NCBI GenBank assembly: GCA_036172245.1
Contig: JAYWIR010000004.1
Location: 4,774,001-4,838,000, forward strand
Direction of reading: 5' to 3'
Source of the DNA: Raillietiella orientalis
Taxonomy: Eukaryota
Length of the DNA: 64,000 nucleotides
Shown: piece after piece, positions 52,620 to 63,495 of the stretch
Position numbering within the stretch: position 1 is the first letter of the stretch
Layout: each line of letters starts with the position of its first letter
Program-made: the position numbers and the translations under genes
Notes under the pieces: model-generated
Told to the model about the DNA's origin: nothing
Database searches by the model: none
What the model saw: only the letters and a program-made list of their open reading frames with translations

Positions 52620-53360
52620 CGACGAGACGGGAGAAAGGCGGGAAAAAAATCGCGAGCTGGCGCTTGCGGATGCGCCGATCGGCTCTTTTGCATTCCATGC
52701 ATAGCGGGCAATCTCCCTGGCAATGGCACTAAATCTTGGTGGCAGTGTCACCCATCCTTGGAACGAAGTGTCCTTAATATTCCAGCCTGCGACACCTGCT
52801 CCGTTTAGCAACGTTCTAGGAAGGATCCTTGGTTCCTCCTGAACACGGCAGACGAGCTTCCGTATCTCCTTTGGCATCCCTTTGAGCCTTTGGCAACCCA
52901 TGAAACTGATGTGTCGCGTTCTTTGTGCGTGCGCGCGCGCGCGTGTGTTTCTTCTCTTGTTTTGTAGGCGGAGGGGGTTCCTCCCCCTCCTTGCTCCTCT
53001 CCAAGATGTTTGGACAGTGGTCCCCAGCGTGTTGGAACAGTGCTACCCTTCGCTTGAAGTGGCAGAAGGCGGCAACCCTGCTATTACACTGGGACCTCCT
53101 GTGCAACGCCCGTCGGCGGCATGGGACCCGGAGTGTAAGTTCAAACTGCAGCAGGTACGGCGAGAGAGAGTCCCTCCCGTACCTGCTCATGGATTGTGTT
53201 GTCCTCCGTCCCATGTGGGAACGCTTTGCTGCATTCCTGCGGATCCCTGAGAGCAACCGCAGAGACGTTTTAAAGCCCCTCTTCCTGCACGACGCCCTCA
53301 CGCCGGCCATATCCCCAGCAGCACTTTGCTGACAACGCGGCGGGACCGTGACTGCATGGA
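52620..53360 (-). mobile_element. hAT transposase remnant
   Basis: 'SAAGDMAG' (~DGAxxMxG), 'SQCNSRV' (~TRWNS), dimerisation-like 'PRFSAIAREI...GASASASSRFFSRL' (~PxLxxxAxxxL..PASSAxxERxFSxL). Confidence 0.35.
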
Positions 53361-54429
53361 GCAACGCCAGTGGAGATCAGAACGACACCATCTATTCTAC
53401 TGTCCTCTTTCTGAGGACAATGTCAAGATGGCCCCATCTGGGAACAGGGAAACAGGAACTTGCCGGCATCCTTACAAGGTTTCAGAGGACACTCTTCAGC
53501 ACGCAGTGATCCCTTCCCAAACCCCCCACTTTTTTGTTGTTTTTTCCTTTTATTTTTATTTTTTTTTGTTTGCTTGCCCTTCCCCTTTGCCGCCGAGGCG
53601 AACTTGGTCGGTCTGCGTGCCGGTTTTCGGCAGGTTCCTTCCGTATATGCAAGCAACGTGGCAGGATCACTCATCCTACCACTTCCCTGTATGTTTATTT
53701 TTTGAACGAACGCCCCTGCGTGACCGGGTGTCAACCAAGATATTTGGTTCGCGTTTCGCTGCTTTGAAACTCTTGCTCGCAGGACGGGATAAATGCGTTC
53801 CCTTGAGGGAAGCCTCAACACACTCGCAGCCCCAGACCAGTTGTGGGCCTTCTTCCCCCATCCTCCGGCCGGTCGAACGACCGGTGCCCGAGAACGGGAC
53901 TTTATCGTATCCCGTCTTCCTCGACCTCGCTCGGGAGAATCCGGACGGCGCTGAAGAGGAGGACTTTTTGCTCTCTTCCCCTGCTCTCCTCTCGTCCTTG
54001 AAAATTCGCTTCGCAGTTCACAGGAGCCACCAAAATGGTCTCCTCCTCGTGCTCCACGTGCACTCACCGGGTGAGAGAAACGGAAACCAAAGGCGAGGAG
54101 GAGGCTCTGGCAGTGGGCTTCAGCGGAAAGTCCTGAATCCACGGGAGCAGATGGTTGGGAATTTCGGAACGTCGGCAGAGCCACGCTCCAGGAGCCTCAC
54201 GACAGCAAGTACCGAGCTTCCCGAAGGCCTCTGAGTTCTTCCTGACACGAGCAGCTTCGTCGAAACGATGCGAACGGCAGGCGGAAAAGACGTAGGGAGC
54301 TGGGGAAAAAAAAAAAAAAAAACATCCGCAGCGACGGAAGCCGTTTGTCAAGAGTGTAGTTGTTGTCTTCCGTCCGTCTTTGTGATGATGACCCGTCGGC
54401 CCGCATCGAGAAGCGAACCTCGAAGACGT

Positions 54430-55270
54430 GCCTGAAGCAGGCTGGCGGAATGAGAGCATCCCCTGCGCCGGCGGCGGTCCTTCCTCGCTGAGTTTTCATG
54501 GACGAACGGGCAAAACCGCCTTCGCGAAACGCAGCGTGAACGCTGGTGGGCCGAACGCAAAGGATTCGAGGAGAGCTCAGGGAAATTTCGTCCCTTCCTG
54601 GCAGCTTCGGCGACCGTCGTTAAGGACATCGTCGAGAATCCGATGCAAGAACCGGCAGTTGCGCGATCGGTGCTCTTTGATGAGGAAACGCAGTTGCTTC
54701 GGAGAAAGACCGTTAGGCTTTGCTTTCAAGGTCAGACGTCGCGGCTCCGCACGCTCAGCACGACCCTCCTCCTATCTCGCATCATCGGCATCCTGAATGG
54801 AGCCCGCTGGAGAGGAAGAAGGATTGCGCGGCTTCGAGCATCGGCAACCGTGGTCCGCAGGCTGCACCAGATGATTTCGAGGAGGATGCCGAGCGACCAG
54901 GGGGAAGCGAAGTCTCGTTCCGGCCTTCGAAAATCCAAGCACGGGGATGACGAAAGATCACGAAGGAGGGCGTTTCTGAGAAGAGGAAAAATTCCCGGCC
55001 TCTGTCCCATTTAGGAAAAATTCCAACCGCAGGAGCAGACCGAGGAAACTGCGTCGAAATGCTTTTCAAAAAATGTCATCGCAAGAATCCCGGGGAGAAA
55101 AATTCATGGGCACTCGGGTCGCGGTGCCCAACAAAATGAATGCCATTCCTGACAACAAAGGAAGATGCAGGATTTCTTCCAGAAACAAAAGATGGTCAAT
55201 GTTTCTTTGTTGCATCTGTCGACGGCATCCGAGGTCTCTTCTTACATGTCGAATTCCTTTGTGAGCGTTG
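54430..55270 (-). mobile_element. hAT transposase remnant with C-terminal dimerisation domain
   Basis: 'VCSCGWNFS...FPLLRNAL' (~VxTRWNS...LxLRxAL) and 'RNFPELSSNPLRSAHQRSRCVSRRRFCPF...RKDR' (~FPxLSxxALxxLxxPAxSVxSERxFS...KRNR) at ~54480-54590. Confidence 0.5.
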
Positions 55271-56430
55271 GTTCTTTTTGCTTTCCTTTTTCTTTTTTCT
55301 TTTTTTCATTTCTTTTCCACGTCTGCTTTCCCTAACGTTAAGTATGGGAAAGTGCAGGTCGCAAGAGCGAAGAGCTCCAGGCGACACGTGGACATTTCCA
55401 AGAACCACTCCGAACGGGAAAGAGCATTTGCTGGAAGCATTTCCGTGCCGGAAGAGCCTCCGAAGTGACCCACCTGGATGAGTGCGATGCGGCGGAGAAC
55501 GCTGCGACCCAATGAGGCGCCTGCTGACTTCCGCGTCAGCACCGCCAGCTCCGAACGGGAACTAAAGTTAGCAGCCCCTCGAAACGCAAGAAACGCGTGC
55601 AGACGCTGGACGGAAGGGCAGGAAGGGAAAGGAAAACAACGCAGAGGAAGATGAAATGCGCGAAGCCCCAAATGTCGGCGTTCCGCGCCTCCCTGACGCA
55701 GCTCCCTCGCCCGGAGGAATGCTCGCCATCTGACGAGACGCGCCGTGGGCCGTTCCGTGGCCGGCCGCTTCCAGGAAGCGGGACGGGGGCTCTCCGTTTA
55801 GCCTGGCACGGAGGCGCTTCTGACGGCAACCCGTTTCCATCCGTGACAAGCGACCTCTCCTCCTTCGCGGCAATCGATCCGCTCCCGCTCGCAGCAGCGG
55901 TCCAGCTTTCGTGGTTTTCCGCGGATCGATCCCTCTGCTTTGGAGTTCATCTTCGGAGAGATGCGCCGGGACTCGACGTGGCTTGGCGCTCTCCCGGAGC
56001 GCGGAAACTCGTTGTAATCTTCATGGGTTCGCAGGGAATCTCCTCTTCCATCTCTCCCTCCTCCTCCTCCTCCTCTTTCTCGACTTTCCGCCGCAGACCA
56101 CCGTTGCTTTCTAGCCGGGAGTTCCGTAAATCAGTACTCGACAGCAGCAGCAGAAGCTGCACCACCTCCACCACCACCACCGCGGGTATTCGCCTTGCCT
56201 CCTCTTGCCTCTTTTTTTTTTTTTTTTTTTGGATTCGTGCGTGCGTGCATGTGTATGTGTGCTTTCCTCTTCCTCCTCCTCCCCCACTGCTCTTTCGGCG
56301 TGTTTGTAAACGACAACAGCCGCAACCGCATTCCGCAAATCTCGAAGCCGGGCTGTACGTACATACGCACGCGTACCACGGCGAGCGCAGGCAGTCTGCC
56401 GTGAGCCCGCGATAGGTTCGTAGCGCACGC

Positions 56431-56438
56431 TGACGTCA
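56431..56438. promoter_or_regulatory. Perfect CRE/ATF site upstream of the predicted start codon
   Basis: TGACGTCA, ~270 nt upstream of the ATG at 56708, in CpG-rich DNA. Confidence 0.35.
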
Positions 56439-56707
56439 CGCGACCTTCAGCGCTTTCTCCGCGAGGCTTTGAGGGATGCACGCGGTACAGATGGTTTGAT
56501 AGCTGTTTCGTGAGGTTTGTTGTGAGAATTCGTGCGCGTTGCTGAGCGAAGTCTTCGGTTGCCCGGTCGCTGGAACGCAGATCCGCTCTGTCCGTTCTGG
56601 TTCGAAAACATCTGCGAGCGCAGCCCATCGATGGTGGGAAGCTGCGTTCCCGAGGAAAGGGAAACGCGCTGACCGACGACGCCCATGGAACTTTGGTGAC
56701 GTAAACA

Positions 56708-56715
56708 ATGCAGAC
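56708..56715 (+). CDS. AHNAK/periaxin-like gene, predicted first coding segment (ATG CAG AC|)
   Basis: AAACA-ATG has A at -3 and an in-frame TAA at 56702-56704. A strong donor GTGAGT follows at 56716. Phase 2 matches the 58599 acceptor, giving MQTSDVQRVLVPLRG. Confidence 0.55.
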
Positions 56716-58598
56716 GTGAGTACCGACCAAAGTTGTTGTTTCCTGTCGCCCTTCCTGTCCTCCCCCACCCCAGCGCCATGCAGGGAAGACGCCTGCGTGC
56801 CCCTTCGGAGAGGGCAGGGAGCACCTCGGGCGCGGAGAAAATGCGCGTGCGCGCGCGAACTGCGAGCGGAGGGGAGCCAGCGGGAAAACCCGGCGCGTCC
56901 CTGGGGCGCGGGTGCGCGTCGCGACGAGATCGGGTGCCCCTCTTCCGGGATTGGAAGCGCGTCGGCAGGTCCCGGAGGAGGGATGAGACGGGTGGGCGCG
57001 TCTGTCCCTGCGTCACGGCGAGTTCCGGCCGCCCCTGTCTCGAGGTTCCCTACGCCTTCCACGCTTGCGCACGCCGCGCTCAGAAGGACAGCGGGGGAGG
57101 CTGAAGCCCGTCGCTGCGCTACGAACGGGAATCCTTTTGTTGTTTTTGTTTTTGTTTTCGTTCTCTCCACATCTTCTTTGCTTTGATGGGGTGGGAGGTG
57201 AAGGGAGCTTCGCCGCGGAGCGGTCTGGTGCCGCTCGCGCAGGCAACTCGCTCGCGGGCGCCATTTGGAACGCAGCGTGGCGTCGTCGTCCCGGTTTCCC
57301 GGAAGAAATTTCGATCCTTGCATGCGTGAGCGCGTGCCTCGAGTCACGCGTGCGTGCGTGAGTGCTCTAGAGAGCATCCCCTCCCCCTTTCTGCGGCTGA
57401 GCGGCTCTTCATCCCCCGTCTGCCCACGCTTTTGCGCAACACTCGCCCTCCCTCCGGGACGCTTCCGTGAGGAACCGTCGCCTGTGGTGGCTCTCTCGGG
57501 TCCCTTCCCCCGCAGGCACCATGGTCAGCCGAGGCAGCAGGGAGGTCGCCGGAGAGGAAGGATGAGCGGTCTTTTCAACTCTCTTCCCCCCCCCCCCCCG
57601 CAGAAAGCAGCCTGCAAGGTGGAGGGAGAGAACGAACTCCTCTCCCCCGTCCCCTCCCTACCTTTCCCCCTTCCCACGGTGTATGCATGAACATGAGGGC
57701 ACGTGCTCGCTCTCACGGAAAAGAAACGGAAGCTCCCTCTTCCCCCAAGAGCTGAAGGCTCGTCGATTTCAAAAGTGGTCGCCAGATGCCAGACACTCCC
57801 GGGGCTGCTCGCCTCTCAACAGGGGTGCCTCGGAGCGTCAAGGAGCGATCTCCCCGCAGGAAGCCCTTGCTCCTGAGGAGGGGAGATCGAGAAGAGGGAT
57901 ACCCTCTCCCTCTTCGCGCTTGGGTCTCTGCTGCTTCGCACTCGTAACCCCTTGCCGTTGTCTCTCCAGCTCGTCCTTCCCCCGTCTGTCTCTGAGGTGG
58001 CTCTCCTGCAAGCAGGGAACGACGGGTCTGGGACGAGACGGAGCCGAAAGCTGCCCGATCGGTGGGACGGAGTAAAGGGATGGAAGGGAGAGGGAAGGAG
58101 AAGGTTCTCTGAGCGTGAGTCCCTCTTGGACCTCTTTGCAGGCGCATCTCGAGGACTGCCCTTGACCCGACCGCCCTCACCCGGAAAAAGTAAGTCCCCT
58201 TGTCCGATCCACCCCGTTGGGCACTCATTGCCTCGTCGGGACGCTCCAGACCGGGATGCGTCTCCCCCCCACCTTTGTATGGAAGGCTCTCGGAGAGCCG
58301 CGTGTCCCGGCAGCGTGGGGCTGCGCGGAAGAGCCTGTCGCTCCCTGCTTGCAGAACGGCCACCTCAGGGACAAACGCTTCCCTCCTCCAAGCCCTCCTC
58401 TCCCCCCCCCTCCCCCCGATCCCGAGTTCGGGGAGCGGTCCGGGAGGGAGGGCGCGCTTCCCGCGGTCTCCCAGGAGTCACTCGACCTCCCTCTCTATGG
58501 AGCTGGCGCCTCAGGGTCGCTGCTTTCGGCCTCCCTCCCGAGTTCCCGCACCCCCGGAGCCGTGACAACGACCCCACTACACCGTTCTGGTGTTCCAG

Positions 58599-58747
58599 AA
58601 GTGACGTCCAGCGAGTGTTAGTGCCCCTCCGGGGCCACACGGGCGACGGCCTGGGGCTCAGCGTGTGTGGCAACAACGAAGAAGGGGTGTTCGTCAGCGA
58701 CGTGGTCGCCGGCGGCGAGGCCCACCGGAGCGGCAAGGTACACGTTG
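58599..58747 (+). CDS. AHNAK/periaxin-like gene, PDZ exon A
   Basis: Acceptor TGTTCCAG|, donor G|GTAGGT. Encodes SDVQRVLVPLRGHTGDGLGLSVCGNNEEGVFVSDVVAGGEAHRSGKVHV(G), a clear PDZ N-half. Confidence 0.9.
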
Positions 58748-58909
58748 GTAGGTCAGCCCTTCCGACCCCCTCCGGCTTCCCGCCCCCTTCTCTCCTCCTT
58801 TTTCCCAGCCCTTTCTGTGGTCGCGTCTCTTCCCCTCGGGCGGGCCGATGTCACCCCATCCCCCCCCCCCCATGAACCGACTTTGGGCCCACCTCCGCCC
58901 GGTTTGCAG

Positions 58910-59127
58910 GAGACAGGATCGTGGGCGTGACGGTCCACTTCGACGGCTGCCGACGGGAAGACGCCCTGGCGATCCTCTCGTACTGCGCCCCATGCCACCT
59001 GCTGCTGCACTTGGAGAAGACCTCGTGGTCTGCCGCCCCGCGGTACCTGGACTGCGCGGACGAGCAGGTGGCCTATCGCGTCTGCCACCCCATGTACCGG
59101 TCAGGATCCTTCGACGACATCACTCAG
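58910..59127 (+). CDS. AHNAK/periaxin-like gene, PDZ exon B
   Basis: Acceptor TTTGCAG|, donor CAG|GTGCGT. Encodes GDRIVGVTVHFDGCRREDALAILSYCAPCHLLLHLEK...HPMYRSGSFDDITQ. Compare, from memory, AHNAK GDQIVGATIYFD and periaxin EDALRLLQCAEPYKV. Confidence 0.92.
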
Positions 59128-60985
59128 GTGCGTGCGGAAACGCTGTCTTTGCTCGGGGAGGGGGGGGGAGCGCTGCGTCATCCCGGCAACGCGGAACGCA
59201 AAGTTTCGGCTCCTCCCACCACCTCCCCCTCCGGCAACGGGAGGGGAAGGGCGCGCAGACCCCAGAGGGAGGGAGGAAGGAGGCACTGAAGAAGGGGCGG
59301 GAGGACGTCCCCTGCATATCCTGGAGGCAGCGCGCCGCCTCTTCCCCGCAGTCCCGGCCCGCAAGAAAGCTTCCTGGTTCCAGGGAAAACACGCCCTGGT
59401 TTCGGGTCGCGTGCCTTTTCCCACCGGGCAAGCGGCAACCCTTCTGGCCCTACGGCCTGATTTCGCCGCTGGCTGGAACGCGCGCAGGGTTGGGTGGAGG
59501 TCAGCGGGGAGTCGCTCGCACCCTTCCCTCCGAGGAGCGCGCAGACGGTCGCGGGTGGCGTGGCCCCACGGGTCGAATGGCGTGGAGCCCGAGAAGCCCC
59601 TTTGGACCTGCTCCCCCGACCCAGTGCACACGGAGGCGAGAAGAGCGCGTTCGCGTCCGCTGCCCTCAGTTGCCTAGGTGAGCCCCCCTCGCTCTTTGTT
59701 CTCTTTCCAGCCGTAAAGGGCGTCACCGCCAACCCTTCAGTCGTTGCCCCCTGCGTGAGTTCTTCTCTTCCTCTTCCTTCTGCTTGGCAGAACCCACTCC
59801 CCATCCCTCCATCCCCGGACGAAATGGGCGTGTCCTCCGGGGGTCACCTTCGCGTTGTGTCGCCGGGCGCGTAGCCACCGATGCGAGGGCCACGGCACCG
59901 GTTACCGCCGGCGACTGCGGACGTTGGAAGCTGTCTGCGCCATGCGCAACTTCGGGATGCAGGCATCCCGCCCTCGTGCTCCTCCGCTCCGTAGCGATGC
60001 TGACTGCGATGCTGCCTCATCCCCTCGTTATGCTGCATCTTCTGCGGAGCGGATTCGCGTTTCATGATGATGATGAGGAGGAGAGGAGGCGTGTTTCTTC
60101 TCTCTCTCTCTCTCTCTCCCCCCCCCCCTCCAATGCTTCCGTGAGCGCGCGACGGCGCTCGGAGCTCGCGCGCACGCGAGCAGCTAGACGGGACGCTGCT
60201 GCCGACGCTCGGCCGAACGGGAGAGGAGGAAAGGTCGACGGCGTCGTCGGCGGCTGCCGACCTATTTGGAGGAGAACGGGTCACTGCGACGACCGAAAGG
60301 GAGTCCTCCTTTTCGACTGCGCGCCTCGACGAGGGAAGGCGAGGACGGAGGGAACGAGGCATCGGGTTGATGTGGCAATCCAGCGGCCCCTCCCGTTCGG
60401 CGGGTTCCCAAGGTGCCTGCGGGCAGGAAAGGAGGAGATGAGAGGGCGGCGCTCAGTGCAGCCAGCGCTACCAGACGTCTCCCTCGTCGCCTTCCCCTCG
60501 CTGTCCCGCAAGTCGGTCCGAGCGTTCGAGGACCACGAAACCACCCAGCAGGTGATATCGCTGCTGCTTCCGCTGCCGGCTGGTGCGCGTGCGAATCGGC
60601 CCAGCGGTCTGCTCGCACCCTGCATGGCATCGTACGTGTCCGCTTGCTCGCAACTGACCCTCCCCCCTCCTCTCCCCTCCTCCTCCTCCTCCCGACGCAC
60701 AAGCGAGTCACCTTATGTTGCCGGCAGTGGTGAGGTTTGACTGCAGGACTGCTGCCTGCGCTAGTCCGGACGACGCCAGTGGGTGCTGTCCTTTATTCCT
60801 CTCTCTCTTTCGCCTCCCATTCTCTCCTGCTTTGCCTTCGCCTATGTGTGCGCGCGCGCGCACGCATATGGCCGCCGCCGCAGCAGCGGCAGCGGCAGCC
60901 ATCTAGCGGATAGCGTCCAAACCGAGCGCCTGGGCTGGCGGAAGCGAAGGCGCATGCGAAGGCATCCCAAGTTCAATTTTTGCAA

Positions 60986-61014
60986 TTGTTGTTGTTGTTG
61001 TTGTTGTTGTTGTT
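60986..61014. repeat. (TTG)9 microsatellite in intron, 70 nt before the large exon
   Basis: Direct inspection. Confidence 0.95.
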
Positions 61015-61083
61015 TTTCGGATCGATCACAGATCCACGCATGGTTGACACTCGTTTTCAAGTAACGAAATTTCTGACATGTAG

Positions 61084-63439
61084 GCAACCAGAAAATTTAG
61101 AAACGATTTCGATAGTGTTCCGGTGCGCGATGTGCCCGAAGATGACCGAGGACGAGCACCGGTCGAGGACGGCGAGAGCGGGGGCGGCGGCACGGCCTCC
61201 TCCCCTGCTCGTGACGAGGAAGCGGGCGGAAGCAAGCCGGAAACCCCGAAGAAGACGAAGCGCGCACCCACGCCCAAGACGCACAAGAACTTCCTGAAGG
61301 CCGGACTGTGCCTGCACCCGCACCGCGGCTCGGACGCGGACAACTTCTATTACCAACGCGCGAAGGGAGACGCCGCCGCCCACGAGGCGGCCGCACCCGA
61401 CCCTGTAAGTAAAAGGGAAAGCGCCCCCACCGTGCTCGCGAGAGGGTCGCGTTCCTCCGACCAGCCGGAGGGAAGCGCGCCAGCAAGAGGGGATTCCTCT
61501 GCGCGGCAGGCGGCGAAAGGCGGCGCCCGCGAGAGGAAGCGGAACCGGGACGAGAAGGAAGAGGAGGAGAAGGAGCGAGCGAGGCGCGGCGCGGAGTCCA
61601 GGGAGACGCCAGAGTCGGAGGAGCGACTGCCCCAGTTCGTGAGCGCGGACTCCAGACGCGCGGAGGAGGACCAGGAAGAGGAGGAGGAGGTGGGGCGAAA
61701 GGAAGAACGAGGTCCTTCTTCGTCCGGCAAGAAGAAGAGCAAGCTCTTCCAAAGGTTCAACACCAACCCGACGCCCAGCATCAAGAAGATCAAGGAAGCG
61801 AAGCAAGTCTCGGGTAGCAAGGACGTTGCGAACGGGGTGCGGGTGGACCACGCGGCCGAGCGCCCGGAAATGTCCCGGAAGGAGGAACGGCCGCACAAGG
61901 CGCAAGTGGGCAAGGCGAGGTCGTTCAACCTGAAGCCCTTCCACAGGAAGATTCCCCGCGCTGCCGGGAAGGACAGCAGCCCAGACGCGCCGGACCCGCT
62001 GCCGGCGCGGCCTGACACGGTCCTGGCTCCCAAGTCGCTGACTCTGCCGAGCAGGCGCCTTCCCCGAGGCCAGTGGGAAGGCGGGACTCTGCGGAGCGAG
62101 GCGCACGGTTCTGGCCCTGCCTCCAAGGGGGCCGGAGCGAGCCCTTCCGCGCGCTCAGCGGAAGCCCGCGTGCGGCCCCGTGCCCCTTCCTCCTCCTCCT
62201 CTTCTCCCCCGGACGGACAGCCGACTCCCTCGATCAAGAGAGAGGAGGAGCAGCAGTGCGTCAGCACCAGGCCGCCAGAGGGCGACGCGGCAGCAGAAGG
62301 TCCTGGCGCGTCCCGGAGCAAGAAGGGAGCGCGCGCCGACGATTCCATTTCCGATTTGAGAAGCTCGAGGACGAAAATGCCCCACTTCAGCTTTTCAAAA
62401 GTGAAGACGGATCCGAAGACTCGAATCGGCGGACGGGACGCCGCGATCGTTTCCCCGGAAAGTGGCGAACCCTCCGCAAAGCGGGAGGAGAGCACTCCCG
62501 TTCGGGAGGCGCTCGCGAACGACACTTCAGGAGCTCAGGTTCTCTCCGAGGCGGACGAAGAAGCCGGGAGCGACAGGGAGTCCGCGTCCACTCCCCGAAA
62601 CGCATCCGGAAAGCGGAAGAAGTTCCACTTCCCACGCATCGGGTTCCCCGACTTCGGCGCGCATGGCAGCAGCGCACCTCCGAGCGACCTGTCGCCCGAA
62701 GCAACCGCCGGAGGATGCTCCGCGGCACCCAAGCACGGAGGGAACCCCGGCGCGGAGCGGGACTTCCCAGGAGCCGCAACCCAGCAAGGAGGAGGAGGAG
62801 GAGGAGGTTCCGGAGCGGGCGTTTCCCTCGTCGCCAGCCCGACGAGTCCCGGGGTCAACGCCTGCGGCGACGCCCCGCATGCGGACCGGCGACCGGAGCA
62901 CGCCAGCCACGCACAGGATTACCCCGAGCGTCTTCCCCAGGTCCATCCGCCCGACGCTTCCCGTCGAACACAAGCGAGCAGGGAACACGTCATTATTCTG
63001 CACGAAAGGGAGACAGGCGACCCCCGAACCGGCGTCACGGCTGGCACCCCCGCTTTTCGTGCTTCCCGAACGAAGTCTCGGACTCCCTCAAAGCCCGGGA
63101 TGAGGGATGCCGCCCGACAAGCCGGAAACGCTGCTGTGGCCTTTGATTCGACTCGACCCGACGACGCTCCCCGCGGTGGCGACGTTGCGGCAGCAAAGGA
63201 ACGGCGCGGCCCGTCAGAAGATGAAGAACCGCATCCTTCGTCGGAGAATGAAGAGGCGGAAGATGTTGTGTGTGGTGCCAAGAAGACCCCGAGAATCAAA
63301 ACGCCTCATGTTGGCTTTCCTAAGATCAGGATACACACAAGAGTTCCTGAGCGCCAGCAGGCGCTTGCGGTCCAGAAGCAAACCACCCCCAGCGAGGCTT
63401 CGGCTGCTCGAGAGGACGACTCGCCGGGAACCCTGCAGG
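61084..63439 (+). CDS. AHNAK/periaxin-like gene, large low-complexity exon (~785 codons)
   Basis: Acceptor CATGTAG| is phase 0 and matches the 59127 donor. Frame 1 has no stop across 2.36 kb. Charged S/P/G/E/R-rich sequence with TKMPHFSFSKVK, KRKKFHFPRIGFPDFG and RIKTPHVGFPKIRI. Donor G|GTAAGA at 63440. Confidence 0.85.
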
Positions 63440-63495
63440 GTAAGATGACTAGACCTAAATGCCAAACGCAACTCCACATCACCCTGTCCTTGCAG

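Noticed and set aside
53326..54234. 302-aa ORF (+)
   Set aside because: Runs through T-rich low-complexity DNA, has no domain, and I found no phase-consistent splice link to the PDZ gene.
57952..58875. 307-aa ORF as a single-exon PDZ gene
   Set aside because: Only 58599-58747 is PDZ. The rest is open intronic sequence bounded by clear splice sites.
59784..60740. 318-aa ORF (+) within the intron
   Set aside because: Crosses microsatellites and has no domain. The flanking exons already join in phase without it.
61057..63146. Long minus-strand and alternate-frame ORFs (349, 391, 357 aa)
   Set aside because: Shadow ORFs of the GC-rich large exon. Frame 1 carries the repeats and matches the splice phases.
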